DNA from: Gemmatimonadota bacterium
Lineage (GTDB): Bacteria; Gemmatimonadota; Gemmatimonadetes; Palauibacterales; KS3-K002
NCBI GenBank assembly: GCA_016209945.1
Contig: JACQVD010000078.1
Coordinates: forward strand, 1-48,340
Direction: 5' to 3'
DNA: 48,340 nt
Both the position numbers and the translations under genes were made by a program. Below, piece after piece: positions 19,550 to 31,555 of the stretch (positions within the stretch are counted from its first letter, which is position 1; every line of letters starts with the position of its first letter). The notes under the pieces are model-generated. The model saw nothing but the letters and a program-made list of their open reading frames with translations, was not told the origin of the DNA and searched no databases.

Positions 19550-21067
19550 ATGATGTCTACCAGCGCGGGCACGGTCTATTTCGTGGGCGCGGGGCCGGGT
19601 GACCCCGCGCTCCTGACATTGCGGGGCCGCGAGGTTCTCGAGCGCGCGGACGCCGTTTTCTACGACCGCGGAGTTGACGCGGAGGTTCTGGACCTCACGC
19701 CCTCGGGTGCCGAGCACGTCGCCTTAGGAGGGGGAGAGGATCCGGCGGAGGGGGGCCGGCGCCTTGTGCAGGCGGCGGCTCGACATCGCGTCGTCGTGCG
19801 CCTCTCGCCCGGCGACCCGTTCGTGATGGGTTGCGCCGCCCGCGAGGCGGCGGAGCTCGCCCGGGCCGGCGTTCCTTTCGAGGTCGTGCCCGGCATCACG
19901 ATGGGTTTGGCGGCGCCGGCGTACGCGGGCGTTCCGGTCACCGATGGTGAGGCCGCCGGGTGCGCCGTCCTCGTGGACGGCGATCGACTCGTGGAAGGCG
20001 CGGCGCCGGCCTGGGGCGATCTTCTTCGTCGTGCGCCCGCGCTCGTCATCTCGACGCGGGGCTCCAACGTGGAAGGGCTTTGTCGCGTCCTTCGCGAGGC
20101 GGGGGTGGGATCGGACACGCCGCTGGCGTGCGTCGCGTCCGCGACGAAGCCGTCTCAACGGACGGTCTTCACGACGCTCGGGGATGTGGGGCGCGGCGGG
20201 GTGGCTGCGCGGCTGGAAGGCCCGCTCGTGTGTGTCGTGGGCGCCGCGGCGTCGCCGGAGCGCGCGCTCCGATGGTTCGAAGAACGACCGCTCTTCGGGC
20301 GGCGGGTGGTCGTCACGCGGTCGCGGGCGCAGGCGGCCGAGTTGGTTCGCGCGCTGCGGGACCTGGGCGCGACCACACTCGCCTTCCCGACGTTTCGGGT
20401 GAGAGAGGCGCCGGACCGCGAGGCGGTGCGCGCCGCGGCACGTTCGCTGGAGAGGTACGACTGGGTGGTCTGTACGAGCGTGAACGGCGTCGAGGCGCTC
20501 TGGGGAGCGCTGTGCGAGGTGGGTCGCGACGCGCGGGCGTTCGGCGCGAGTCGGGTCGCGGCGATCGGTCCGGGGACCGCCGCCGCGCTGAACGCGCGGG
20601 GCATCCACGCGGACATCGTGCCGCGGGAGTACGTCGCGGAGGCGGCGCTCGCGGCCCTGGCAGAGGTCGGGCCCTGGGGAGGCCGCCGGGTGCTCCTCCC
20701 GCGGGCGGCCGGCGCCCGGGACGTGTTGCCGCGCGGCCTCCAGAGCCTGGGGGCGGAGGTGGATGGGGTCGTGGCCTATGTCACGGAGCCCGATCGCGGG
20801 GATGTGGAAGCGCTGCGCGAGGAGTTGAGGCGTGGGGGCGTGGACGTGATCACGTTCACGGCCTCGTCCACGGTCCGGAACTTCGTCGCGGCCGTGGGCG
20901 CGGAGATCAACGGCGCGGCGGTGGCGGCCATCGGGCCTGTGACGGCGCGAACGGCGCGCGAGCTCGGGCTCCCGGTCCACATCGAGGCCCGCGACCACAC
21001 GATCGCGGGTCTCGTGACGGCAATCCGCGAATACTTCCGATCCGGCTCCGGGACTCGCGCAGGATGA
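19550..21067 (+). CDS. cobA: Fused uroporphyrinogen-III C-methyltransferase / uroporphyrinogen-III synthase
   Basis: The N-terminal half carries [18 protein letters not shown] and GDPF..G methyltransferase motifs. The C-terminal half (from about [16 protein letters not shown]) has the HemD two-lobe repeat pattern. ATG 19550 is preferred over TTG 19499. Confidence 0.88.
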   Translation: MMSTSAGTVYFVGAGPGDPALLTLRGREVLERADAVFYDRGVDAEVLDLTPSGAEHVALGGGEDPAEGGRRLVQAAARHRVVVRLSPGDPFVMGCAAREAAELARAGVPFEVVPGITMGLAAPAYAGVPVTDGEAAGCAVLVDGDRLVEGAAPAWGDLLRRAPALVISTRGSNVEGLCRVLREAGVGSDTPLACVASATKPSQRTVFTTLGDVGRGGVAARLEGPLVCVVGAAASPERALRWFEERPLFGRRVVVTRSRAQAAELVRALRDLGATTLAFPTFRVREAPDREAVRAAARSLERYDWVVCTSVNGVEALWGALCEVGRDARAFGASRVAAIGPGTAAALNARGIHADIVPREYVAEAALAALAEVGPWGGRRVLLPRAAGARDVLPRGLQSLGAEVDGVVAYVTEPDRGDVEALREELRRGGVDVITFTASSTVRNFVAAVGAEINGAAVAAIGPVTARTARELGLPVHIEARDHTIAGLVTAIREYFRSGSGTRAG

Positions 21068-22050
21068 GGGCCTCCTTCCCAAGTTACCGGCCCCGACGGC
21101 TGCGCCGGACCGAGCGGCTGCGCCGTCTCGTTCGCGAGAACGAGCTCTCGCCCGAACACCTCATTGCGCCCCTCTTCGTCATCGCGGGGCGCTCCGAGCG
21201 GAGGCCGGTGGAGTCGATGCCGGGGGTGGAGCAGCTCTCCGCGGACCTCGCGGCGGAGAAGGCGCAGGGCCTGCGCGAGCTCGGCGTGGGCGCCGTGATC
21301 CTCTTCGGCATCCCCGAATCGAAAGATCCCGGGGGGAGCGGAGCGTACGATCCGGAGGGCGTCGTCCAGGACGCGGTCCGCTTGATCAAGGCTGCCGCGC
21401 CCGATCTGCTCGTCGTGTCGGACGTCTGTCTCTGCGAGTACACGACGCACGGACACTGCGGGCTCGTCACCCCGTCGGGCGAGGTGGACAACGACGCGAC
21501 TCTGGAGGTTCTGGCTCGTGTCGCGGTTTCGCAGGCGCGGGCCGGCGCCGACCTCGTGGCGCCGAGCGACATGATGGACGGGCGCGTGGCGGCGATCCGT
21601 TCCGCGCTGGACGCCGAGGGGTTTGCCTGGGTTCCCATCATGTCCTACGCGGTGAAGTACGCGTCGGCCTTCTACGGCCCCTTCCGTGAGGCGGCGGAAT
21701 CCGCGCCGAAATTCGGCGACCGTCGGGGGTATCAGATGGATCCGGCGAATGCTGAGGAGGCGCTTCGGGAAGCGTGGCTCGACATCTCGGAGGGGGCGGA
21801 TATCCTCATGGTGAAGCCTGCGCTCCCGTATCTCGACATCGTGCGCCGGGTGAAGGAGGCCACGGGGTATCCCGTCTGCGCGTACCACGTGTCGGGAGAG
21901 TACAGCATGTTGAAGGCCGCGTCGGCGCGGGGGTGGATCGACGAAACGGCTGCCATGCTGGAGTCGCTGCTGGCGATTCGGCGGGCGGGCGCGGACTGCG
22001 TCATCACCTATTTTGCGGAGGCGGCGGCGCGCCGGCTCCGCGCGGGCTAG
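21064..22050 (+). CDS. hemB: Porphobilinogen synthase (delta-aminolevulinate dehydratase), zinc type
   Basis: RPRRLR......R.LV.E..L....[20 protein letters not shown] Cys-rich metal site, [10 protein letters not shown] active-site Lys region. ATGA overlap with cobA-hemD. Confidence 0.95.
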   Translation: MRASFPSYRPRRLRRTERLRRLVRENELSPEHLIAPLFVIAGRSERRPVESMPGVEQLSADLAAEKAQGLRELGVGAVILFGIPESKDPGGSGAYDPEGVVQDAVRLIKAAAPDLLVVSDVCLCEYTTHGHCGLVTPSGEVDNDATLEVLARVAVSQARAGADLVAPSDMMDGRVAAIRSALDAEGFAWVPIMSYAVKYASAFYGPFREAAESAPKFGDRRGYQMDPANAEEALREAWLDISEGADILMVKPALPYLDIVRRVKEATGYPVCAYHVSGEYSMLKAASARGWIDETAAMLESLLAIRRAGADCVITYFAEAAARRLRAG

Positions 22051-22062
22051 GGTGCATCCATC

Positions 22063-24401
<2,339 letters not shown>

Positions 24402-24423
24402 GGATCGGGTCGGGCCTAGTCCG

Positions 24424-25422
24424 GTGCCTGTCTTGAGCCTCGTCACGGGCGCGGACGGTTTCGCGGGGCAACATCTGATCGCCCACCTTCTGGCGACCGG
24501 CCGCGAGGTCGTGGGCGCCGTGAAGGGCTTGCCGCCGCGGCTCACGACGCTCTCCCCGGAAGACGCGGCCAGGGTCGCCTGGGTTCCCTTCGACCTGGAA
24601 GACCGGGAGAGCGTGAGAAGCGTCGTGCTCGGGCACCGCGTGTCGGAGGTGTACCATCTCGCCGCGGTCACGTCGGTCGCGCGTTCGTGGTCCGACGCGG
24701 CGGTCGCCTTTCGGGTCAACGCCATCGGTACCCTCTGGCTTCTCGAGTCGCTGGCGGACGCTCTCCGCAGTGGATTCTCGGACCCGAAGATCGTGATCAC
24801 GGGCTCGGCGGAGGTGTACGGCGCGAGCGCGGAGGAGCGGCTCCCGCTCACGGAGGACGCGCCGCTGAAGCCGCTCAGCCCCTACGCGGTGTCGAAGGCG
24901 GTACAGGAGCTTTTGGCATTGCAGTGCCACCGGGCGTGGGGGTGCCGGGTGGTCGTGACGCGGAGTTTCAACCACACTGGCCCCGGACAGCGGCCGCCCT
25001 TCGTCGCGGCGGAGCTGGCCGACCAGGTCGCGCGCCTCGCGCGGGCGGGACGCCGGGGCGCCATCGTCGTGGGAAACGTGGAGGTGCGGCGCGACTTCAG
25101 CGACGTCCGGGATGTGGTGCGCGCTTACAAGCTTCTGGTCGAACGCGGGGAGCCCGGCGCGGTCTACAACGTCTGTAGCGGCGTGTCCGTGTCGATCCGG
25201 GAGCTCCTGGGGTTGCTGGCCCAGATCGCCGGGATCGAGGTGGAGTGCCGGGTGGACCCCTCACGGCTCCGTCCGGCGGACGTGCCGGAGTTCTACGGCA
25301 GCCCGAGAGCCCTTGAAGCCGCGACGGGCTGGCGTGCGGAGATCCCGCTGCGGAAGACGTTGCACGACCTGTTGCAGCATGCTCGGGCTGAGGAGTCCCT
25401 CGACGCGGGGGTGCGCAGATGA
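24424..25422 (+). CDS. rmd: GDP-4-dehydro-6-deoxy-D-mannose reductase-like SDR (Rmd type, GDP-D-rhamnose forming)
   Basis: LVTGADGFAGQHL, SPYAVSKAVQE (YxxxK), RSFNHTGPGQ. It lies immediately downstream of gmd. The D-rhamnose versus other 6-deoxyhexose outcome is inferred. Confidence 0.7.
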   Translation: MPVLSLVTGADGFAGQHLIAHLLATGREVVGAVKGLPPRLTTLSPEDAARVAWVPFDLEDRESVRSVVLGHRVSEVYHLAAVTSVARSWSDAAVAFRVNAIGTLWLLESLADALRSGFSDPKIVITGSAEVYGASAEERLPLTEDAPLKPLSPYAVSKAVQELLALQCHRAWGCRVVVTRSFNHTGPGQRPPFVAAELADQVARLARAGRRGAIVVGNVEVRRDFSDVRDVVRAYKLLVERGEPGAVYNVCSGVSVSIRELLGLLAQIAGIEVECRVDPSRLRPADVPEFYGSPRALEAATGWRAEIPLRKTLHDLLQHARAEESLDAGVRR

Positions 25423-26741
25423 ACGTGGGGGTCATCGGGACGGGGTACGTCGGCCTGGTCGTCGGCGCGTGCCTCGCCGAGACCGGGAACGATGTCGTCT
25501 GCGCGGACATCGACCCGGAGAAGATCCGGAAGCTCAGCGCAGGTGACATCCCGATCTACGAGCCGGGCCTCGAGCCCCTGCTGCGACGCAACCTGGCGAC
25601 CGGGCGGCTGCGGTTCACCACCTCCGTGGCCGAGGCGGCCCGCGCGTCCACCGTGATCTTCATCGCGGTCGGGACGCCTCCCCACGAGGACGGCTCCGCG
25701 GATCTCCAGCATGTGCTGGCCGTGGCCGAGGAGATCGGCAAGGCCATGAACGGCGAAAAGGTCGTGCTCACCAAGAGCACGGTCCCGGTGGGCACAGCGC
25801 AGCGGGTGCGCGAGGCGATCGAGCTCCACACGCGCCACCGCGTCCACATCTGTTCCAACCCGGAGTTCCTGAAGGAAGGGGCGGCGGTCGAGGACTTCAT
25901 GAAGCCGGATCGGGTCGTGATCGGGACGGAATCCGAGCACGCCAAGGAGATCCTCCGCGAGCTGTACGCGCCCTTCGTCCGGACGGGGAACCCGATCGTG
26001 TTCATGGATCTCGCGAGCGCGGAGCTGACGAAGTACGCCGCGAACGCCATGCTCGCCACGCGGATCAGCTTCATGAACGAGGTCGCGCAGCTCTGCGAGC
26101 GGGTCGGCGCGGACGTGGATCTCGTGCGGTACGGCCTGGGGACCGACCGCCGGATCGGCCCGAGCTTCCTCTTCCCGGGGGTGGGCTACGGTGGCTCTTG
26201 CTTCCCGAAGGACGTACGCGCGCTCGTCCGCGCGGGCGCGGAACTCGGGTGCGAGCTCAAGATCGTGAGAGCGCTGGAGGCGGTGAACGAGGCGCAGAAG
26301 CGCGTGCTCCTCGAGAAGATCGATGCGCACTTCGGGCGCCAGGCGCTCCGGGGACGCCTCTTCGCGATCTGGGGCCTGTCGTTCAAGCCCGAGACCGATG
26401 ACTTACGGGAAGCGCCCTCCATCGTGACCGTCGGGGGTCTCCTGGAGCGCGGTGCCGTGCTGCGGGTCCACGACCCGCAGGCGCTGGCGAATGCGCGGCA
26501 GATCTTCGGCGATCGGGTCACGTACTGCCCGCGCGCCTACGACGCGCTGGAGGGCGCGGAGGCGCTCGTCATCATGACGGAGTGGCTCGAATATCGGCGC
26601 CCGGACTTCCAGCGGATGAAGACGCTGCTGAAGGATCCGGTCGTCTTCGACGGCAGGAACCTGTACGATCCGGAGCGCATGGAGGCCAGGGGCTTCACCT
26701 ACCACTCGGTCGGGCGCAGGGCGGTGCGGTGCGATTCATAG
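25419..26741 (+). CDS. ugd: UDP-glucose 6-dehydrogenase
   Basis: 440 aa, [46 protein letters not shown] overlap with rmd. Confidence 0.92.
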   Translation: MNVGVIGTGYVGLVVGACLAETGNDVVCADIDPEKIRKLSAGDIPIYEPGLEPLLRRNLATGRLRFTTSVAEAARASTVIFIAVGTPPHEDGSADLQHVLAVAEEIGKAMNGEKVVLTKSTVPVGTAQRVREAIELHTRHRVHICSNPEFLKEGAAVEDFMKPDRVVIGTESEHAKEILRELYAPFVRTGNPIVFMDLASAELTKYAANAMLATRISFMNEVAQLCERVGADVDLVRYGLGTDRRIGPSFLFPGVGYGGSCFPKDVRALVRAGAELGCELKIVRALEAVNEAQKRVLLEKIDAHFGRQALRGRLFAIWGLSFKPETDDLREAPSIVTVGGLLERGAVLRVHDPQALANARQIFGDRVTYCPRAYDALEGAEALVIMTEWLEYRRPDFQRMKTLLKDPVVFDGRNLYDPERMEARGFTYHSVGRRAVRCDS

Positions 26742-27697
26742 TCACGGGTGGGGCCGGGTTCCTGGGGTCCCATGTGGTCGAGCGACTCCTCGCGCAGGGA
26801 CACGAGGTCGTCGCGATCGACAATCTCATCACCGGCCGGTGGCTCAACCTTGAGCCGCTGGCGCGGGACGGGCGCCTTGGCTTTCTCCAGCAGGATGTCA
26901 CGGAGTTCATCGCCGTGGACGGCGAGGTCCACGGCGTCTTCCACTTCGCCTCCCCGGCGAGCCCGGGGGACTATCTCGCCCTCCCCATCCAGACGCTGAA
27001 GGTCGGTGCCCTGGGCACCCACAAGGCGCTGGGCCTCGCGCGGGCGAAAGGCGCCCGCTTCCTCCTCGCCTCGACCTCCGAGGTCTACGGCGATCCTGCG
27101 GTGCATCCACAGCCGGAAACCTACTGGGGTCATGTGAACCCGGTGGGTCCCCGGGGCGTCTACGACGAAGCCAAGCGGTTCGCCGAGGCGCTCACCATGG
27201 CGTACCACCGGGTGCATGGCCTGGAGACGCGCATCGCGCGGATCTTCAATACGTACGGCCCCCGGATGCGGCCCAACGACGGGCGGGTCGTCTCGAACTT
27301 CATCGTCCAGGCGCTGCGCGGCGAGCCGCTCACGGTCTACGGCGACGGTCGGCAGACGCGCTCGTTCTGCTACGTGGAGGACATGCTGGACGGCATCCTG
27401 CGCCTGTTCGAGAGCGACCACGTGGGGCCCGTGAATCTGGGGAATCCGGACGAGCACACGGTGCTGGAGCTCGCGGAACTCGTGCGGGAGGCGACCGGTG
27501 CGCACGTGCCGATCGAGCACCGGCCGCTGCCGGAGGACGATCCGAAGGTGCGGCGCCCCGACATCTCGCTGGCGCGTCGCGTACTCGGCTGGGAGCCGCG
27601 GGTCTCGCTGGAGGAGGGGCTGCGGCAGACGGTCGCCTACTTCCGGCAGATCGTGGGCGACATCACCGAGGAATCCGATCGGCGGGCGGGACGATGA
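26729..27697 (+). CDS. uxs: UDP-glucuronate decarboxylase (UDP-xylose synthase)
   Basis: [62 protein letters not shown] 26729 overlaps ugd by 13 nt. Confidence 0.9.
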   Translation: MRFIVTGGAGFLGSHVVERLLAQGHEVVAIDNLITGRWLNLEPLARDGRLGFLQQDVTEFIAVDGEVHGVFHFASPASPGDYLALPIQTLKVGALGTHKALGLARAKGARFLLASTSEVYGDPAVHPQPETYWGHVNPVGPRGVYDEAKRFAEALTMAYHRVHGLETRIARIFNTYGPRMRPNDGRVVSNFIVQALRGEPLTVYGDGRQTRSFCYVEDMLDGILRLFESDHVGPVNLGNPDEHTVLELAELVREATGAHVPIEHRPLPEDDPKVRRPDISLARRVLGWEPRVSLEEGLRQTVAYFRQIVGDITEESDRRAGR

Positions 27698-28446
27698 AAC
27701 TGGCCGTGGTGATCCCGGTGTACAACGAGCGGCTGACGATCGAGGAGATCGTGCGGCGCGTGCGGGCCGCGCCCGTGGAGAAAGAGATCATCGTGGTGGA
27801 CGACGCCTCCACGGACGGAACGCGCGCGGTTCTGGAGGCGATATACGCGCGCGGCGAGATCGATCGGCTGATCCTGCAGCCGGTGAACCGCGGCAAGGGC
27901 GCGGCGATCCGCGCAGGGATCGCCCGGGCGACGGGCGGTGCGGTCGTCGTCCAGGACGCTGACCTCGAATACGATCCGCGGGAATACCTGAAGCTCCTCG
28001 CGCCCATCGAGGAGGGCGTCGCCGATGTCGTGTACGGGTCCCGCTTCCGGACGACGGAGCTCCAGAGGGTGCTCTACTTCTGGCACTACGTGGGGAACAG
28101 GTTTCTCACCCTCTGCTCCAACATGCTGACGAACCTGAACCTCACGGACATGGAGACGTGCTACAAGATGTTCCGCCGCGAGGTGATCCAGGGGATCGAG
28201 ATCGAGGAGGACCGGTTCGGCTTCGAGCCCGAGATCACGGCGAAGGTGGGCCTGGGAGGCTGGCGGGTGTACGAGGTGGGGATCTCCTACCGCGGGCGCA
28301 CGTACAGCGAGGGAAAGAAGATCCACTGGCAGGACGGCGTGCGCGCCCTCTGGTGCATCCTCAAGTACGGGCTCCTTCGCCGGTTCGTGCGTCGGCGAGG
28401 GCGGACCCCGGCGTCGTCGGTTGCCGAACCGCGGGTCCGGGTCTAG
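27694..28446 (+). CDS. Family-2 glycosyltransferase, soluble DPM1/ArnC-like (polyprenyl-phosphate glycosyltransferase type)
   Basis: 250 aa, [27 protein letters not shown] (DxD). No TM segments are visible. ATGA overlap with uxs. Confidence 0.85.
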   Translation: MKLAVVIPVYNERLTIEEIVRRVRAAPVEKEIIVVDDASTDGTRAVLEAIYARGEIDRLILQPVNRGKGAAIRAGIARATGGAVVVQDADLEYDPREYLKLLAPIEEGVADVVYGSRFRTTELQRVLYFWHYVGNRFLTLCSNMLTNLNLTDMETCYKMFRREVIQGIEIEEDRFGFEPEITAKVGLGGWRVYEVGISYRGRTYSEGKKIHWQDGVRALWCILKYGLLRRFVRRRGRTPASSVAEPRVRV

Positions 28447-28456
28447 GTTCGCTTCC

Positions 28457-29179
28457 GTGGCCAGCGTCCCCACGGAGCAGCTCATCGCGCGCGGGAAGGA
28501 GTGCCTCGCGCGCAACGATGTGGTCGGGGCGATCGCCGCGCTGAGGGAGGCGGGCGCCCGGGAGCCGAAGTACGCAGATGTCCGCAACCTGCTCGGGATC
28601 GGCCTGAGCCTGGCGGGCGAGTTGGAGGCGGCAGTGGCGGAGTTCACGCGAGCCGTGGAGCTGAACCCGGGGTACGTGGAGGCGCACCTCAATCGGGCGA
28701 TCGTCCTGAACGAGCTCGGTCGCTTCGACGAGGCCCAGGAGGCCTTCCGGCGGGCGTGGGAGAGCGAGGATCGGCGCGGGCTGCCGTACCCGAAGACGGC
28801 GGCCGCACGCCTGGCCAATGTGCACGCGGAGCTCGGGGATCTCTACCTGGAGGTCGGCGGACGGTCGGAGGCGATCACGCAGTACCGCGCGGCCACGCAG
28901 TTGCGGCCCGATTTTGTCGATCTGCGCAACAAACTCGCCCGGGCGCTCATCGAGGCGGGAGATTTGGAAGCGGCGCGCACCGAGCTGGAGGCGGTCCTGG
29001 CGCAGAATCCGGAGTACGCCGAGGCGCGCGTCAACCTCGGGCTCATCCACTACCGGTGGGGCGATGAGGAGTCCGCCGCCCGCGAGTGGCGCCTCTGCCT
29101 CGAGAGGAAGCCCGACCACTCGAGGGCGCGCGCGTTTCTCAAGATGTTGGGCCGCCAGCGGGCGGAGGGGTCGTCCTGA
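28457..29179 (+). CDS. TPR-repeat protein, with no signal peptide
   Basis: Repeated 34-aa A..Y..A..L.P...A patterns, for example AEFTRAVELNPGYVEAHLNRA and AVLAQNPEYAEARVNLG. GTG 28457 follows the GT2 stop. The track ORF begins at 28421. Confidence 0.85.
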   Translation: MASVPTEQLIARGKECLARNDVVGAIAALREAGAREPKYADVRNLLGIGLSLAGELEAAVAEFTRAVELNPGYVEAHLNRAIVLNELGRFDEAQEAFRRAWESEDRRGLPYPKTAAARLANVHAELGDLYLEVGGRSEAITQYRAATQLRPDFVDLRNKLARALIEAGDLEAARTELEAVLAQNPEYAEARVNLGLIHYRWGDEESAAREWRLCLERKPDHSRARAFLKMLGRQRAEGSS

Positions 29180-30117
29180 GGAGCTTCCGGGCCTTCGCCT
29201 CGATTCTCCTCGTGGCCGGCGCGTGTCGGGGCGATCTCCGCGACCATCTGAAGTGGGGCGACCGGCTGCAGGGAGCGGGGAGGACCGAAGCCGCCCTCGC
29301 CGAATACCAGGTCGCGCTGCGAGTGCGCGGGCCCGAGCCGGAGATCCTCCTCCGGCTGGCCCACGGATACGCGAAACTGGATCGCCTGGAAGAGGCGGTC
29401 GAGTTCTACGCCCGGCTTCTCGCGGCCGACTCCTCGTACGCGGACCAGGCGATCGCCGATCTCGTGCAGATGGCGCGGCGCGCGCTCGCCCGCGGGGACG
29501 TGCCGAAGATGGCGCGGCTCCTGGAGCAGCTGCAGGCGATCCGCCCCGGTGCTGTTCCGGAGGATCTCGTTCGTCCGCTCGCCGAGCATTACCACCGGCT
29601 CGGCGACCACCAGCGCGCGCTCCCGTTTCTGCTTGTGGCGCAGACAGAGGCGGAGGCGCCCGCCGCCGAGAGGAGCTCGCTCGGGTATGCCCTGGCGCGA
29701 ACGTACGAGGCGCTGGGCGACTGCCGGGCCGCGCTGGAGTACTTTCAGCAGTACCTTTCCGGGGGCCGGGCGCGCGGGGCGCGCCGAACGCCAGGGGTTG
29801 GCGGCGCGCGCGGCGAGCAGGCACGGGAAGCGCGGTGGTACGCGGGCGGTTGCGCCTACCGGCTGGCGGAGGAGGCGCGCACGCTCGGCCGGCCCGCCGA
29901 GGCTCTGGAACACCTGGATCTCGTGATCGGCTACGGGATGCCCCGCGCGGTGCTGGACGAGGCGTGGTTCCATCGAGGGGAGATCCTGTACGGTTTGGGA
30001 CGGTATGAGGAGGCGTTGCTCGCGTATCAGAAGGTGCTCGAGTTGAATCCCAGCCGCACGGGGCGCCTCGTCTGGCACGCGGAGGACCGGATTCGGGCGA
30101 TCCGTTTCCGGCGATGA
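29086..30117 (+). CDS. TPR-like protein, probable lipoprotein or secreted protein. The real start is likely about 29176 (see findings).
   Basis: TPR-like helices (AEYQVALRV...EEAVEFYARLL; EEALLAYQKVLELNP). The signal-like segment RSFRAFASILLVAGAC begins exactly where the upstream gene stops. The only canonical in-frame start is GTG 29086. Confidence 0.8.
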   Translation: MAPLPREEARPLEGARVSQDVGPPAGGGVVLRSFRAFASILLVAGACRGDLRDHLKWGDRLQGAGRTEAALAEYQVALRVRGPEPEILLRLAHGYAKLDRLEEAVEFYARLLAADSSYADQAIADLVQMARRALARGDVPKMARLLEQLQAIRPGAVPEDLVRPLAEHYHRLGDHQRALPFLLVAQTEAEAPAAERSSLGYALARTYEALGDCRAALEYFQQYLSGGRARGARRTPGVGGARGEQAREARWYAGGCAYRLAEEARTLGRPAEALEHLDLVIGYGMPRAVLDEAWFHRGEILYGLGRYEEALLAYQKVLELNPSRTGRLVWHAEDRIRAIRFRR

Positions 30118-30863
30118 GGTGGCGCACCTTCGAGACTTTGGTTCTCGTCGCCGGGCTCGGGTCCTCGCTGGGGTGCCCCAAGGAGCTCCCCCCGGATCTC
30201 ACGCCGGAGGAGCTCTTTGAGCGCGGGAAACAGCTCTTCGCGCGCGAGCGCTGGTTGCAGGCGCGAACCGCCTTCGAGCGACTGGTCTTCTCGGCACCGA
30301 CGCACGCGAAGGCCGACAGCGCCCAGTTCCTACTGGCCGAGACGTATTTCCAGGACGGGGCCTACCTGACGGCGGCTTCCGAGTTCCTCAAACTGGCCCA
30401 GACACGACCGACGATCCATCTCGCGGACGACGCCCGCTACCGGGCCTGCCTGGCCTACGGCAGGCTGTCGCCGCGTGCGGAGCTCGACCAGGGGTACACG
30501 GAGCAGGCGATCGCGGAGTGCAGGGCCCTGAGGCTCCTGTACCCCCAGAGCCCGCTCGTGCCCGAGGCGGAGGCGAAGGTCGCGGAACTGCGGAACAAGC
30601 TGGCCCGGAAGATGTATTTGAACGGTCTGTACTACTTTCAGCGAGAGGGGTACGACTCGGCGATCCTCTACTTCAACGAGTTGCTGAAGCAGTACCCCGA
30701 GGCGGAGGTCGTGCCGGCGGCGCTCTACCACCTGTACCGGGCGTATCGGCGCATCGGGTACGAGGACGAGGCCGCGGGAGCGCGCGACCGGCTGCTTCGC
30801 GAATTCCCGAATTCGCCGGAGGCGCGGTCCCTCGCGCCGGCCTCGACAGCGAGCGGGGGCTAG
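30114..30863 (+). CDS. bamD: Outer membrane protein assembly factor BamD (YfiO) lipoprotein
   Basis: Lipobox LGSSLGC. The TPR-like AQFLLAETYFQDGAYLTAASEF and LNGLYYFQREGYDSAILYFNELLKQYP are typical of BamD. ATGA overlap with the upstream gene. Confidence 0.85.
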   Translation: MRWRTFETLVLVAGLGSSLGCPKELPPDLTPEELFERGKQLFARERWLQARTAFERLVFSAPTHAKADSAQFLLAETYFQDGAYLTAASEFLKLAQTRPTIHLADDARYRACLAYGRLSPRAELDQGYTEQAIAECRALRLLYPQSPLVPEAEAKVAELRNKLARKMYLNGLYYFQREGYDSAILYFNELLKQYPEAEVVPAALYHLYRAYRRIGYEDEAAGARDRLLREFPNSPEARSLAPASTASGG

Positions 30864-30883
30864 GGAGGCGGGGGGCCGGCCGG

Positions 30884-31468
30884 ATGGCTCGGCGCGTGGG
30901 GCTCTTCGGCGGCACCTTCGATCCGCCGCACATCGGTCACCTGATCGTCGCGGAGGACGCGACGGACGCGCTGGGGCTCGACGCCGTCTGGTTCATCCCG
31001 GCGGGCGCGCACCCGCTGAAGCAGGGGCGTGTGGTGGCGTCCGCGGAGACTCGCCGCGCGATGATGGGGGCGGCCATCGCCGGAAACGATCGGTTCGAAT
31101 GCCTGGACGTGGAGCTGCGGCGGCCGGGTCCGTCGTTTTCCGTAGACACGCTCCGTATCTTGCACGAGGCGGACCCCGAGACGGAATTCTTCTTTCTCGT
31201 CGGGGCGGACGTCGTGTCGGAGTTTCACACCTGGCGGGAGCCGGAGACGATCGCGAAGCTGGCGCACTTCACGATCCTGACCCGCGGCGGCGAGGAGGCC
31301 CAGGCCCTGCGCCCGGCGGTGCAGGTGGCGTATCGGAAGGTGGCCGTCACGCGCGTGGATATCTCCAGCACGGAGATCCGCCGGCGGGCGCGCGAAGGGA
31401 AGCCCTTCCGGTATCTCGTGCCAGAACGGGTGTATGAGATCATCGTGCAGCAGGGGCTCTACAAGTAG
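30884..31468 (+). CDS. nadD: Nicotinate-nucleotide adenylyltransferase
   Basis: GLFGGTFDPPHIGHL and ISSTEIRRR motifs. In-frame ATG inside track ORF 30518..31468. Confidence 0.93.
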   Translation: MARRVGLFGGTFDPPHIGHLIVAEDATDALGLDAVWFIPAGAHPLKQGRVVASAETRRAMMGAAIAGNDRFECLDVELRRPGPSFSVDTLRILHEADPETEFFFLVGADVVSEFHTWREPETIAKLAHFTILTRGGEEAQALRPAVQVAYRKVAVTRVDISSTEIRRRAREGKPFRYLVPERVYEIIVQQGLYK

Positions 31469-31555
31469 AAATATAATACGTAGGAGGGGAACCGCGGGCA
31501 CGCGTCCCGGGATTCGCCGCGCGGGGAGGCAAGGGCTCCGCGAGGTCAACCGAGC

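Noticed and set aside
28457-30117. The two TPR ORFs as one gene split by a frameshift.
   Set aside because: The first ORF ends naturally. The second frame begins with a signal-peptide-like segment exactly at the junction, which fits two separate genes.
31472-31487. A perfect TATAAT (31472-77) and an orphan AGGAGG (31482-87) between nadD and secA, as a secA promoter or leader-peptide site.
   Set aside because: No acceptable -35 or extended -10 lies upstream. No start codon lies within reach of the AGGAGG. It is kept only as a note, not a feature.
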